DNA of 64,000 nucleotides from Macrostomum lignano (Eukaryota): NCBI GenBank assembly GCA_002269645.1, contig NIVC01001281.1, positions 169,302 to 233,301 of the forward strand, read 5' to 3'. Shown piece by piece: positions 47,941 to 64,000 of this stretch (position 1 is its first letter; each line of letters starts with the position of its first letter). The notes under the pieces were generated by a model. It saw only the letters and a program-made list of their open reading frames with translations, ran no database searches and was not told where the DNA came from. The position numbers and the translations under genes were made by a program.

Positions 47941-48715
47941 CGCATAAGTTTCGCAAAGCAACATTATTGGCCATAACGCGACGCTGCAGTCGCATCCAAC
48001 TGTTCTGTATTTGCACCTCCTTTGTTAACCCGGCGACATGGGTTCTGTTATCGCTGCTTTGATGTTGTGCATTTTTATTTATCATGTTAAAGTAAGTCTA
48101 CTGTTTTGGCTTGCATATATGAATATGCATTGTAATTAATTAATAACTAACTGTAAGTGTATTTATTGTGGCTATATTTATTCACCATATAAAACAAAAC
48201 CCGCTGTTTCATACTTGGCGTGGCTTACTACTAAAAGTAGGCTGGTGCCGGTGTCTTTGCGAGTGTCTATATATATACATATATATGCTTATTAGCACTC
48301 TGCGTAATCACCATGCTAAGCCATCGCGGTTGCACCTGTTCATACTGTAGAGCTGTGTAACACTAGCTTCAATAATGAAACTGCTTTGCTGCACTGCTAT
48401 TTTTATTTATTAACTCAGTGCAAAGCTCAAGTGTGAAAAATCTTTTAAGCCTCTGGTCAGTTTAACCGGGTTTCAACTGGAAATTGGTGGACAATCGTAT
48501 CCCAACAAAGTCTCAATGTTACTTTAAATCAAATTAATTTCAAAATTAGGCTTAAACCTCTACTGCAAGTAGGCTTGTAGCGTATATTTTGTATATAATC
48601 GAATTACATGTTGAAGATTTGAATGCGAAATCAAACACTTTGTAAAATTAATTTGTTATACTACTAGCACGATAAATTGGCACCGATTCGAATCGAGTGC
48701 AAAGGTTTCCACAGG

Positions 48716-51700
48716 TCACATGCGCAGGATGGGATAACTCGGCCAGTAAGTGGGGCGCGAGCCGCTGGGCTGCTGCTGCCTAGCAACCGGCCCAGCCGAG
48801 TGGACAGGCAGGCCGCTGTAGTGCAGGGAGAGCCGCAGCAGCCGGTCCAGCTGCAGTCTGGTCTCGGCCGGCCTGATGACGTCATCGATCCACAGCTGGC
48901 CTGCGGCTTTGAAGGCGTCGGCGCCGGGCTCGGCCGCGTCCAGCCGCTCGGACAGGCGGCCGTTCGGCCAAGCGAGCAGGAAGTCCGGGCTCATGCAGCG
49001 GCCGCCCTGTGGGTTCAGGGTTCGATTCCGTGTGTGGAGCTGTGGCTCGCCTTGAAAACTGAAGCCTTCAAGATCTTGAAAACCATTTTCTGGGCGTCGA
49101 TTTGCAACGGTTCCTCGGCCATCAAGGTTGCCACTCCCCAGGAATTCCAGCGGGGATCCCCAGCCCGCCTCACCATGAGGAAGTAGTCGCAGCCGGCTGC
49201 GTCGCCAACGATGAGGCTGAGCCGGGGCAGCGGGAAGGCCGCCGACAGCGCCATCATCCGCGCCTTCGCTCGCAGGCAGGCGGCCGCCGATTCTGCGAGC
49301 GCTTCGGAGCCGGCGGGCTCGGGCAGGTCCGGCTCGGTGTGCACCAGCGACACCAGCGGGAGGCCGCGGTGACCGCACAGCTCCAGGAAGTGCGCGCCTT
49401 TGACGGCGTCCTTCTCGCCAAGCCGCGTCCAGCTGCCCATCAGCCCGACAGTGCGACTGGGGGTGGGGGATGCGGGAACTGAATGACGGGCAGACAGACA
49501 CACAGACTGGCAGACAGACAGGCAGAAAGTTGCTCACCCGCAGATGCGGCCGAAGCCGCATACGAGGCCGTGGCTGAAGGTGGGCTTGAACTCGAGCAGC
49601 TGGCTGGAGTCCAGCAGCCGGGCCAGGATGTTCAGCAGGCCGATCCGGCGCGCCTCGCCCTCCCGCGGCAGCAGGTTGAGGCCGAGGCTGGCCAGCTCGG
49701 CGCTGGGGAACATCGGGTCGGTGGGCGGCTCAGCGGGCGGCGGCGGCGGCGGCCTCGGCAGGGTGCCGGCAATCTCCCGCATCAGCCGGAAGCCTTCGGC
49801 CTCGTCGCCAGCGAAGTGGTCGGAGCAGCCGCTTGTGTGCGAGTGCAGCGCCGCGCCGCCGAGCTCATCCGCGCTGACAACTTCGCCGAGAGCGGCCTGG
49901 ACAAGCGGCGGGCCGCCCAGGAAGACGTGGCCGATGCGGTCCACCATGACCACCTGGTCGCACATGGTCGGCACGTAGGCGCCGCCGGCCGTGCTGGAGC
50001 CGAGCACCAGCGCCAGCTGGGCGACGCCGCGCGCGTTCAGCGTCGCCTCGTTGAAGAAGGTGCGGCCGCCGTGCTGCGCGTCCGGGAAAATCTCCGACTG
50101 GGGAGGCATGGGGAGTATGGGGATCAGAAATGGGGAGTATGGGGATCAGGAATGGGGAGTATGGGGATCAGGAATGGGGAGTATGGGGATCAGGACTGGG
50201 GAGTATGGGGATCAGGAATGGGGAGTATGGGGATCAGGACTGGGGAGTATGGGGATCAGGAATGGGGAGTATGGGGATCAGGACTGGGGAGTATGGGGAT
50301 CAGGAATGGGGAGTATGGGGATCAGGACTGGGGAGTATGGGGATCAGGAATGAGGAGTATGGGGATCAGGACTGGGGAGTATGGGGATCAGGAATGAGGA
50401 GTATGGGGATCAGGAATGGGGAGTATGGGGATCAGAAATGGGGAGTATGGGGATCAGGAATGGGGAGTATGGGGATCAGGAATGGGGAGTATGGGGATCA
50501 GAAATGGGGAGTATGGGGATCAGGAATGGGGAGTATGTGGATCAGGAATGGGGAGTATGGGGATCAGGACTGGGGAGTATGGGGATCAGGAATGGGGAGT
50601 ATGGGGATCAGAAATGGGGAGTATGGGGATCAGGAATGGGGAGTATGTGGATCAGGAATGGGGAGTATGGGGATCAGGACTGGGGAGTATGGGGATCAGG
50701 AATGAGGAGTGTGGGGATCAGAAATGGGGAGTATGGGGATCAGGAATGGGGAGTATGTGGATCAGGAATGGGGAGTATGGGGATCAGGACTGGGGAGTAT
50801 GGGGATCAGGAATGGGGAGTATGGGGATCATGTATGGGGAGTATGGGGATCAGGAATGAGGAGTATGGGGATCAGGGTGTTAAGGCTTCAGGAATCTCAG
50901 CTCAGGATTCCCAAGCCTCGCTTAAGCACTCAAAGACGAAGTGTGCGCTTGTACCTGCAGCGGTAGGAAGGCCCCGCCGCTGTCCACCAGGTAGACAATG
51001 GGGATGCGGCAGGTGCCGCTGAGCTCCTGCAGGCGCAGCATCTTCTTGACGCCGATGGGGTACAGGGTGCCGCCCTTCACTGTCGCGTCGTTGGCTGCAG
51101 CGATGCACAGGCGATCGCTGATGCGCCCGAAGGCTGTAGGGAATTTGAATAGGAGTTGAGGCTATCAGTGACAATGGGGCTATCAGTGACAGTGAGGCTA
51201 TCAGTGACAATGGGGCTATCAGTGACAGTGAGGCTATCAGTGACAATGAGGCTATCAGTGACGATTAGGCCATCAGTGACAGTGAGGCTATCAGTGACAG
51301 TGAGGCCATCAGTGACAATGAGGCTATCAGTGACAATGAGGCTATCAGTGACAATGAGGCTATCAGTGACAGTGAGGCCATCAGTGACAATGAGGCCATC
51401 AGTGACAATGAGGCTATCAGTGACAATGGGGCCATCAGTGACAATGGCGCCATCAGTGACAATGAGGCTATCAGTGACAATGAGGCCATCAGTGACAATG
51501 AGGTTATCAGTGACAATGGCGCCATCAGTGACAATGAGGCCATCGGTGACAATGAGGCCATCGGTGACAATGAGGCTATCAGTGACAATGGGGCCATCAG
51601 TGACAATGGCGCCATCAGTGACAATGGCGCCATCAGTGACAATGAGGCTATCAGTGACAATTAGGCTATCAGTGACAATGAGGCCATCAGCGACAATGAG

Positions 51701-52062
51701 GCCATCAGTGACAATGAGGCCATCAGTGACAATTCAAATCTGTCTACCGGACGCTCACCGGTGATGGAGCCGGCAGCTGGCACGGTGCCGTAGGGCATGC
51801 CGTGGCCCGCCAGCCGGTTGATCTCGCAGAACTTGCCGCCGTCGAACAGCATCCGCAGGCGCTGCCTCGGCGCCACCTTCTTGTTGACGCTGCAGTGGCG
51901 CTGGTGGCCGCGCGGCCCCCCGCCGGCGCTGGCCTCGGCTTCGAGGGCGTCCAGCGCGGCCTGCAGGCGGCGCATCTCAGCGGCTGCTTCGGCGAGGCCG
52001 CCCAGCTGCAGCTTCGCCAGCGGGGAGCCGAGCAGGGCGCGCAGTGGCCGCGTGGTGCGCAT
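48716..52062 (-). CDS. Methylcrotonoyl-CoA carboxylase beta chain-like carboxyltransferase
   Basis: Exons 52062-51759, 51133-50955, 50097-49538, 49456-49174, 49006-48716. Motifs [47 protein letters not shown]-terminal PILRM. Confidence 0.9.
50108..50875. repeat. 22-bp intronic minisatellite
   Basis: (GGGGAGTATGGGGATCAGGAAT)n. Confidence 0.95.
51160..51735. repeat. 18-bp intronic minisatellite
   Basis: (GCTATCAGTGACAATGAG)n. Confidence 0.95.
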
Positions 52063-52084
52063 GCGGGCGGCTGCTGCGGAGTGG

Positions 52085-52465
52085 CAATGGTCTAGCAATC
52101 CACCGACACCTGACTGACGGCAGCAATGATCTAGCAATCCACCCTGACACCTGACTGACAGCAGCAATGGTCTAGCAATCCACCCTGACACCTGACTGAC
52201 GGCAGCAATGGTCTAGCAATCCACCCTGACACCTGACTGACGGCAGCAATGGTCTAGCAATCCACTCTGACACCTGACTGACAGCAGCAATGGTCTAGCA
52301 ATCCACCCTGACACCTGACTGACAGCAGCAATGGTCTAGCAATCCACCCTGACACCTGACTGACAACAGCAATGGTCTAGCAATCCACCCTGACACCTGA
52401 CTGACAGCAGCAATGGTCTAGCAATCCACCCTGACACCTGACTGACGGCAGCAATGGCCTAGCAA
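52085..52465. repeat. 41-bp minisatellite just upstream of the MCCC2-like ATG
   Basis: (GCAATGGTCTAGCAATCCACCCTGACACCTGACTGACAGCA)n, about 9 copies. Confidence 0.95.
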
Positions 52466-52844
52466 GGATGAATTCGGGGAAGCTGAGGCTCTTTGAAGGG
52501 GAACCTGTGGAAGCAAATTCATATTATTATCCAATGAATAATGGAAGATTAAATAAATATACCAATAAAGACAAGCTGCAATCAGTGAGCCAATGAGCAA
52601 GCAGACACAAAAGTACACAAAGTGATCCGTGCAGCATGGATATTTATATTTAGCTATGTAGAAATTTCAACAGGAAATACAGGCTTAAAAAAGGAACAGG
52701 AAAGCAAAGACGCTAACACGAGTTGAGTAATAAATTGTGATAGCCTTGATACGTCATATAATATTCGAACTAATTGTATTTGAATGCTGATGCAGAACAA
52801 CTGAGGGGCTGAAATGAGCGGCTCGTGCTGGGGGAAACCATCAG

Positions 52845-56717
<3,873 letters not shown>

Positions 56718-56749
56718 GCCATGAGGCGGCCTGCAGCGGCGGGGCGGAG

Positions 56750-59008
56750 CTGGTGACACACCTGGCTTGGGGCATGGAGCTGGAGACACACCTGGCTTGG
56801 GGCATGGAGCTGGTGACACACCTGGCTTGGGGCATGGAGCTGGTGACACACCTGGCTTGGGGCATGGAGCTGGTGACACATCTGGCTTGGGGCATGGAGC
56901 TGGTGACACATCTGGCTTGGGGCATGGAGCTGGTGACACACCTGGCTTGGGGCATGGAGCTGGTGACACATCTGGCTTGGGGCATGGAGCTGGTGACACA
57001 CCTGGCTTGGGGCATGGAGCTGGTGACACACCTGGCTTGGGGCATGGAGCTGGTGACACATCTGGCTTGGGGCATGGAGCTGGTGACACACCTGGCTTGG
57101 GGCATGGAGCTGGTGACACACCTGGCTTGGGGCATGGAGCTGGTGACACACCTGGCTTGGGGCATGGAGCTGGTGACACACCTGGCTTGGGGCATGGAGC
57201 TGGTGACACACCTGGCTTGGGGCATGGAGCTGGTGACACATCTGGCTTGGGGCATGGAGCTGGTGACACACCTGGCTTGGGGCATGGAGCTGGTGACACA
57301 TCTGGCTTGGGGCATGGAGCTGGTGACACACCTGGCTTGGGGCATGGAGCTGGTGACACACCTGGCTTGGGGCATGGAGCTGGTGACACATCTGGCTTGG
57401 GGCATGGAGCTGGTGACACACCTGGCTTGGGGCATGGAGCTGGTGACACATCTGGCTTGGGGCATGGAGCTGGTGACACACCTGGCTTGGGGCATGGAGC
57501 TGGTGACACACCTGGCTTGGGGCATGGAGCTGGAGACACACACACCTGGCTTGGGGCATGGAGCTGGTGACACACCTGGCTTGGGGCATGGAGCTGGTGA
57601 CACATCTGGCTTGGGGCATGGAGCTGGTGACACACCTGGCTTGGGGCATGGAGCTGGTGACACACCTGGCTTGGGGCATGGAGCTGGTGACACATCTGGC
57701 TTGGGGCATGGAGCTGGTGACACACCTGGCTTGGGGCATGGAGCTGGTGACACACCTGGCTTGGGGCATGGAGCTGGTGACACACCTGGCTTGGGGCATG
57801 GAGCTGGTGACACATCTGGCTTGGGGCATGGAGCTGGTGACACATCTGGCTTGGGGCATGGAGCTGGTGACACACCTGGCTTGGGGCATGGAGCTGGTGA
57901 CACACCTGGCTTGGGGCATGGAGCTGGTGACACACCTGGCTTGGGGCATGGAGCTGGTGACACACCTGGCTTGGGGCATGGAGCTGGAGACACACCTGGC
58001 TTGGGGCATGGAGCTGGTGACACACCTGGCTTGGGGCATGGAGCTGGTGACACACCTGGCTTGGGGCATGGAGCTGGTGACACACCTGGCTTGGGGCATG
58101 GAGCTGGTGACACACCTGGCTTGGGGCATGGAGCTGGAGACACACACACCTGGCTAGGGGCATGGAGCTGGTGACACACCTGGCTTGGGGCATGGAGCTG
58201 GTGACACATCTGGCTTGGGGCATGGAGCTGGTGACACACCTGGCTTGGGGCATGGAGCTGGTGACACACCTGGCTTGGGGCATGGAGCTGGTGACACACC
58301 TGGCTTGGGGCATGGAGCTGGTGACACACCTGGCTTGGGGCATGGAGCTGGTGACACACCTGGCTTGGGGAATGGAGCTGGTGACACACCTGGCTTGGGG
58401 CATGGAGCTGGTGACACACCTGGCTTGGGGCATGGAGCTGGTGACACACCTGGCTTGGGGCATGGAGCTGGTGACACACCTGGCTTGGGGCATGGAGCTG
58501 GTGACACACCTGGCTTGGGGCATGGAGCTGGTGACACACCTGGCTTGGGGCATGGAGCTGGTGACACACACACCTGGCTTGGGGCATGGAGCTGGTGACA
58601 CACACACCTGGCTTAGGGCATGGAGCTGGTGACACACCTGGTTTGGGGCATGGAGCTGGTGACACACCTGGCTTGGGGCATGGAGCTGGTGACACACCTG
58701 GCTTGGGGCATGGAGCTGGTGACACATCTGGCTTGGGGCATGGAGCTGGTGACACACCTGGTTTGGGGCATGGAGCTGGTGACACACCTGGCTTGGGGCA
58801 TGGAGCTGGTGACACACCTGGCTTGGGGCATGGAGCTGGTGACACACCTGGCTTGGGGCATGGAGCTGGTGACACACCTGGCTTGGGGCATGGAGCTGGT
58901 GACACATCTGGCTTGGGGCATGGAGCTGGTGACACACCTGGTTTGGGGCATGGAGCTGGTGACACACCTGGCTTGGGGCATGGAGCTGGTGACACCTGGC
59001 TTGGGTCA
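56750..59008. repeat. 30-bp satellite, about 75 copies, filling the XRN1-BRAP gap
   Basis: (GGCATGGAGCTGGTGACACACCTGGCTTGG)n with a few CA insertions. Confidence 0.97.
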
Positions 59009-59463
59009 TGAAGTAGTTTATTAAAGAAAATGAATGAAAGAACGCCAGAAACATTTTCTTGAACACAACAGGCAGTACCAGGTGGAGCGGCTATATTATC
59101 TTGTCTACCAAACGGCAGAGGCTCTGCAGCGAATTGCTTGCAGAAGCAATACAAGCAACAGAGCGTCAAAACACCAAAAACAATAAAAATATTGATGAGG
59201 CTGCAGGCAGAACGCCGGAGCGGCATGAACACTTGAGACTTAAAAATCGGAGAGAAAATTAGATTAAGCTAATAATTATTAAACTGTCGGGAGTTACAAA
59301 CCGCTCGAACGCTAAGAGTCGGAGAAACATGTCAAAGCAGTAGAAATCCAGCAATTAGAGCTAAATTTGAGTCACACAAGCACTGGAGGGAGATGTCAAA
59401 ACAGAACGAAGTCTTCAGTTATCTAGTCTACAGCTCAATAGGTACTCAACAGAGTTGAGCAGT

Positions 59464-61300
59464 TCAACTGCCCGGCTGCTGCTGAGACCCCAGGCCGTCC
59501 AGGTTGATGCCCAGCCGCTTCTTCGGGGCAGATTTCGGTTTCTTCGAGCCGTTCGAGCGCGGCTTTTGCTGCTGCTGCTGCTGCTGTTGTTGTTGCTGCT
59601 GCTGCTGGTGCTTCGAAGTTGCAGACGCAGTTGCGGCAGCTGCGGGCTGGTCGGCAGCGGGCTTCGGGATCTGCAGCATGGCCCGCAAGGCCTGCTCCAC
59701 TGCCTGGGCCTTCGGGTCCTGCGGCTGCTGCTGCTGTTGTTGCAGATTCTGTCTTTGCTGCTGCTGCTGTTGCAGATTCTGTCTTTGCTGCTGCTGCTGT
59801 TGCAGATTCTGTATTTGCTGCTGCTGCTGTTGTTGCAGATTCTGTATTTGCTGCTGCTGCTGTTGTTGCAGATTCTGTCTTTGCTGCTGCTGCTGTTGTT
59901 GCAGATTCTGTCTTTGCTGCTGCTGAGCTGAAGCAGGCTGGTAGGTGTAATTTGACTGCGGCTTACTGTACTGCTGCTGGTGAGATCTCTGCCTTTGATG
60001 CTCCGGCTGCTGTTGGGGCTGCTGTTGCACTTTTAGCGAATTGCAATAGTCGCAGAGTCTGCGCACCTGAAGAGAGAAAATTTAAGGAATAAAGAAGCAT
60101 TGATTATTAGTAGAAAAACATAACGAAGCAGAGAAATAAGAGTGCCTTTGTCCACTTGGGAACTGTCTAAGCAAGCTTTTGAGCACTGCACCTGTGAGTG
60201 TGGGACCAGTACTGTACCTGTGTGTGTGGGACCAGTACTGTACCTGTGAGTGTGGGACCAGTACTGTACCTGTGTGTGTGGGACCAGTACTGTACCTGTG
60301 AGTGTGGGACCAGTACTGCACCTGTGAGTGTGGGACCAGTACTGCATCTGTGAGTGTGGGACCAGTACTGTACTTGTGAGTGTGGGACCAGTACTGCACC
60401 TGTGAGTGTGGGACCAGTACTGCATCTGTGAGTGTGGGACCAGTACTGCATCTGTGAGTGTGGGACCAGTACTGTCATACATGCGCAACAGTCGGCCGAG
60501 TCGGCCGATCCGGCCGACTGATTTGGCAGCCAACCAAGGAAGTCGCAAAAATGCCCACCCAAAAAAATACCCCCGTAGTAGTACTAAGTAGCTGACGAGG
60601 CATTTTTGCCTGATAAGACAGTCATAGTTACTCCCGCCGTTTACCCAAAGTTGCGTTAATTTTGCTTTGGGGTTTTTTTACATGTAAGTCGCATTTTTGG
60701 CCAAAAACTACGTCGCATTTTTGTTAAAACTAAGTCGCACGGCCGACCGAATTTTGGACGTTGCGCATGTATGAGTACTGTACTTGTGAGTGTGGGACCA
60801 GTACTGTACTTGTGAGTGTGGGACCAGTACTGCATCTGTGAGTTTGGGACCAGTACTGCATCTGTGAGTTTGGGACCAGTACTTTACTTGTGAATTTGGG
60901 ATCAGTAATGCACGTAATTCGTTCAATCCAGCACTAATTAATTGGCTGCCCTGTGAACGATTCAAGCAGAATATCTGCGTACTAACCGACGCCGATTCTG
61001 CTTAACTCCAGCCTCGCTCGCGCCCCCGACTCACCACATCAAGCTTGGCCTCGGGCCGGGACCGCATCGGCTGCCCCTCCATCACGAAGCCGTTGGGGAA
61101 TCGAACCACGGCGGAGCAGACGTCCCCGTACACCTGGAAGTCTATGGCCGGGACCGGCCAATCCCATTCGGCTAGCAGGGAGTTCAGCAGGCGCTGGGAC
61201 TCGTGCTCAGCCGTAGGCTGGTTTCGGGCCGGTGAAGCGGCCTGCTGCACAGGCTGCTGCTGCTGCAGGGCGGACACCAAGGCTGAGAAGTTGAACGACC

Positions 61301-61336
<36 letters not shown>

Positions 61337-64000
61337 TTGGCTGCTGGTTTGCTCTGCCCTGCTGCTGCTTGTGCTGCTGCAGGTCGGCCCACAGCTGAAC
61401 ATGCTGATCTGGCCGGTCCTTGCAGGCCACGGTGAGCCGGATGTTGGGGTTGGTCCGCTCGCCGTGGCTCAGGTTGAGAATGGCGGTGCCGCTCACCAGG
61501 CAGCAGCCGTCGACGCCGCGGATTTTGATGCCGCCTTCGAAGGGCTCGTCAAGGAGCAGCTCCAGCTCCGGGTCGCTTTCGCGCACGCCTGGCGGGGGGA
61601 AGGGCGCAGAGATTGAGAATATGGTCTGGGGCAGCTGTGTGCAAGCAGGAGCAGTGCATAACACACTGAGGAGGCAGTGCATAACACACTGAGGGAGCAG
61701 TGCATAACACACTGAGGGAGCAGTGCATAACACACTGAGGGAGCAGTACATAACACACTGAGGAGGCAGTGCATAACACACTGAGGAGGCAGTGCATAAC
61801 ACACTGAGGGGGCAGTGCATAACACACTGAGGAGGCAGTGCATAACACACTGAGGGGGCAGTGCATAACACACTGAGGGGGGGCAGTGCATAACACACTT
61901 AGGAGGCAGTGCATAACACACTGAGGGGGGCAGTGCATAACACACTGAGGAGGCAGTGCATAACACACTGAGGGGGGCAGTGCATAACACACTGAGGGGG
62001 GCAGTGCATAACACACTGAGGGGGGCAGTGCATAACACACTGAGGGGGGCAGTGCATAACACACTGAGGGGGGCAGTGCATAACACACTGAGGGAGCAGT
62101 GCACAACACACTGAGGGCACAGTGCATAACACACTGAGGGAGCAGTGCATAACACACTGAGGGAGCAGTGCATAACACACTGAGGGCACAGTGCATAACA
62201 CATTTGCAGTTACTAAGGACGCTCACAGGCCCGGATGCCGATGATGGTTCCCAGACTGTCAAGCGGCGGGCCCGTCCCCGGCCGGCAGAGGACCACGCGG
62301 TCCTTGAGGCGGTGGACAGCGGCCGGGTCGGGCTGGCAGTGCTTGGTGTCGGACTGGCAGCGGTACAGGTGGCCAGCCGGGATCTCCGTGGCGGACACGT
62401 CCGACTTGGGCAGTTTGGGCAGCTGGGAGTCCAGAGCCTGGCGGATGAGGCTGACGGAGCGCCCAGACAGGATGCTGCTGCCGACAGGCACCCGCTCGGC
62501 TCCGTAGCACGGCAGGCTGCGCAGGAACTCCGTCAGGCGCTCAACAGGCGGCTCGGCCCCGCCCCAGATCTGCTCGGCTGACAGGTCGCCAGTGTCCGAG
62601 CCGTGCTTGCCTGCCAGACAGCGGAACAGCTCGGGAAATTCAGCAGCATAGTCGCACAGCACCTGGGCCAGCGACGGCGAGTACTGCCAGCCCATGGAGG
62701 CGTCCTTGCGGGTCCAGCCGGCCACCTCCTGTCCGGGGGTGGGGTGAGTTTTTTTTGCATAGTTACTATATAGGTCTTAATTTCAAGCCCAGGTATGAAG
62801 ACAAGCCCGGACTCACCTGCTCAGCCCGGTTGAACTTCAGCTCCAGTCCAATGTTCAACCGGCGGCTGCGGGTGTCCGTCGCCGACGAGCTGACGTTGGC
62901 GTCCAGGTCTGATGGCGAAAGCGGCTTCTTCGGCTGCTGCGGCAGAGTGACCAGCACCGTGCCGGTGATGCGGGACACCAGGTGGCCGGAGAAGCCTGCG
63001 GGTTGTTTGTGGGAACAGGGGCGGATTCCATTGGGGTTCGGTTGTAACAGGGGCGGATTCCATTGGGTTCGGTTGGAACAGGGGCGGATTCCATTGGGTT
63101 CGGTTGAAACAGGGGCGGATTCCATTGGGTTTGGTTGGAACAGGGGCGGATTTCATTGGGTTCGGTTGGAACAGGGGCGGATTTCATTGGGTTCGGTTGG
63201 AACAGGGGCGGATTCCATTGGGTTCGGTTGAAACAGGGGCGGATTCCATTACGTTTGGTTGGAACAGGGGCGGATTCCATTAGGTTTGGTTGGAACAGGG
63301 GCGGATTCTGAGAAAATTTTGAGGCGCACCTGTTCTCTGAGCCAGGGCCTGGGCAGACAGGAAGCAGTCCTCGGAGTCCACCACGCTGAGGTCGGGCTGC
63401 CGCCTCACCCTGAGCTGCAGGCGCACCTTGGTCTGCTTGAAGCCCAGCACCGGGCCGCTCATGCCGTACCAGTTGCCCTTGGCAACGAACGCCAACTCGC
63501 CAACCGGCAGCACGTCCTCCATGCGCAGGGCGGGCCCGGACTCCGGCACCGCCTCTGGCAGGCAGCGCTGCAGCACGAAGGGCAGCGCGCCCTGCGACCA
63601 CTGGGGCCGCTTGCGGGCGGTGCCGTCCCGGTCGAAGTCCAGCACACGGCCCAGCAGCGTCTTGGCGGTCAGCAGACAGGGCGTCTCGTCTGGAGCGGGG
63701 AAGGGGCAGCTGTGAGCCCACGGGGATTTGGGGCAGCTGTGAGCACACTGGGGATTTGGGGCAGCTGTGAGCACACTGGGGATTTGAGGCAGCTGTGAGC
63801 ACACTGGGGATTTGAGGCAGCTGTGAGCACACTGGGGATTTGAGGCCGCTGTGAGCACATTGGGGATTTGAGGCCGCTGTGAGCACATTGGGGATTTGGG
63901 GCAGCTGTGAGCACATTGGGGATTTGGGGCAGCTGTGGGCACACTGACCACTGATGATTCCAGGCAGCTGTGAGCACACTGATGATTTCAGGCAGCTGTG
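59464..64000 (-). CDS. XRN1: 5'-3' exoribonuclease 1, 3' part (gene extends beyond the window)
   Basis: HLVSRITGTV...NIGLELKFNR, EVAGWTRK, DRVV...GTIIGI, ELLLDEPFEGG...AILNLSHG and a dsRBD-like WPVPAIDF...FPNG region match the XRN1 C-terminal half. Last exon 60066-59464 is polyQ-rich. Last visible coding exon ends near 63700. Confidence 0.92.
60185..60910. repeat. 26-bp intronic minisatellite interrupted by a MITE
   Basis: (TGTGAGTGTGGGACCAGTACTGCACC)n on both sides of 60476-60773. Confidence 0.92.
60476..60773. mobile_element. 298-bp MITE with 8-bp TSD (hAT- or P-like)
   Basis: Perfect 14-bp TIRs CATACATGCGCAAC / GTTGCGCATGTATG; TSD AGTACTGT at 60468-60475 and 60774-60781. Confidence 0.9.
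61650..62200. repeat. 23-24-bp intronic minisatellite
   Basis: (GCAGTGCATAACACACTGAGGAG)n. Confidence 0.95.
63010..63310. repeat. About 31-bp intronic minisatellite
   Basis: (GGAACAGGGGCGGATTCCATTGGGTTCGGTT)n. Confidence 0.93.
63705..64000. repeat. 28-bp intronic minisatellite
   Basis: (GGGCAGCTGTGAGCACACTGGGGATTTG)n. Confidence 0.93.

Noticed and set aside
59455-59931. Poly-Leu, poly-Cys and poly-Ala ORFs
   Set aside because: Antisense frames of the XRN1 polyQ exon.

Overview
Eukaryotic (animal) genomic DNA with GC-rich exons, GT-AG introns and a different minisatellite in many introns and intergenic gaps. This style suggests a Macrostomum-like flatworm (inference only). Recognisable genes: WDR90 (+, one frameshift), a DH-PH RhoGEF (+), an EF-hand protein with an Asp/Ala repeat (+), PM20D1 (-), a single-exon RING/beta-propeller protein (-), a coiled-coil CAP-Gly protein (+), an orphan ORF behind a perfect RFX X-box (+), a C2H2 zinc-finger gene (+), and three tightly packed minus-strand genes: XRN1 (partial), BRAP and an MCCC2-like carboxyltransferase. 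Most interesting: two small spliced genes at 20.8-21.6 kb that the ORF track misses. They are convergent and encode secreted inhibitor-cystine-knot (knottin, toxin-like) peptides with a shared gene structure, next to a candidate N-glycosylated repeat protein. Also found: a possible operon whose XRN1-BRAP spacer is almost pure satellite, nested hAT elements inside a CORE-type SINE, and a MITE with intact target-site duplication inside a minisatellite. Most long ORFs in the supplied track are artefacts of tandem repeats or of GC-rich antisense frames. Coordinates were counted by hand; repeat boundaries are approximate.
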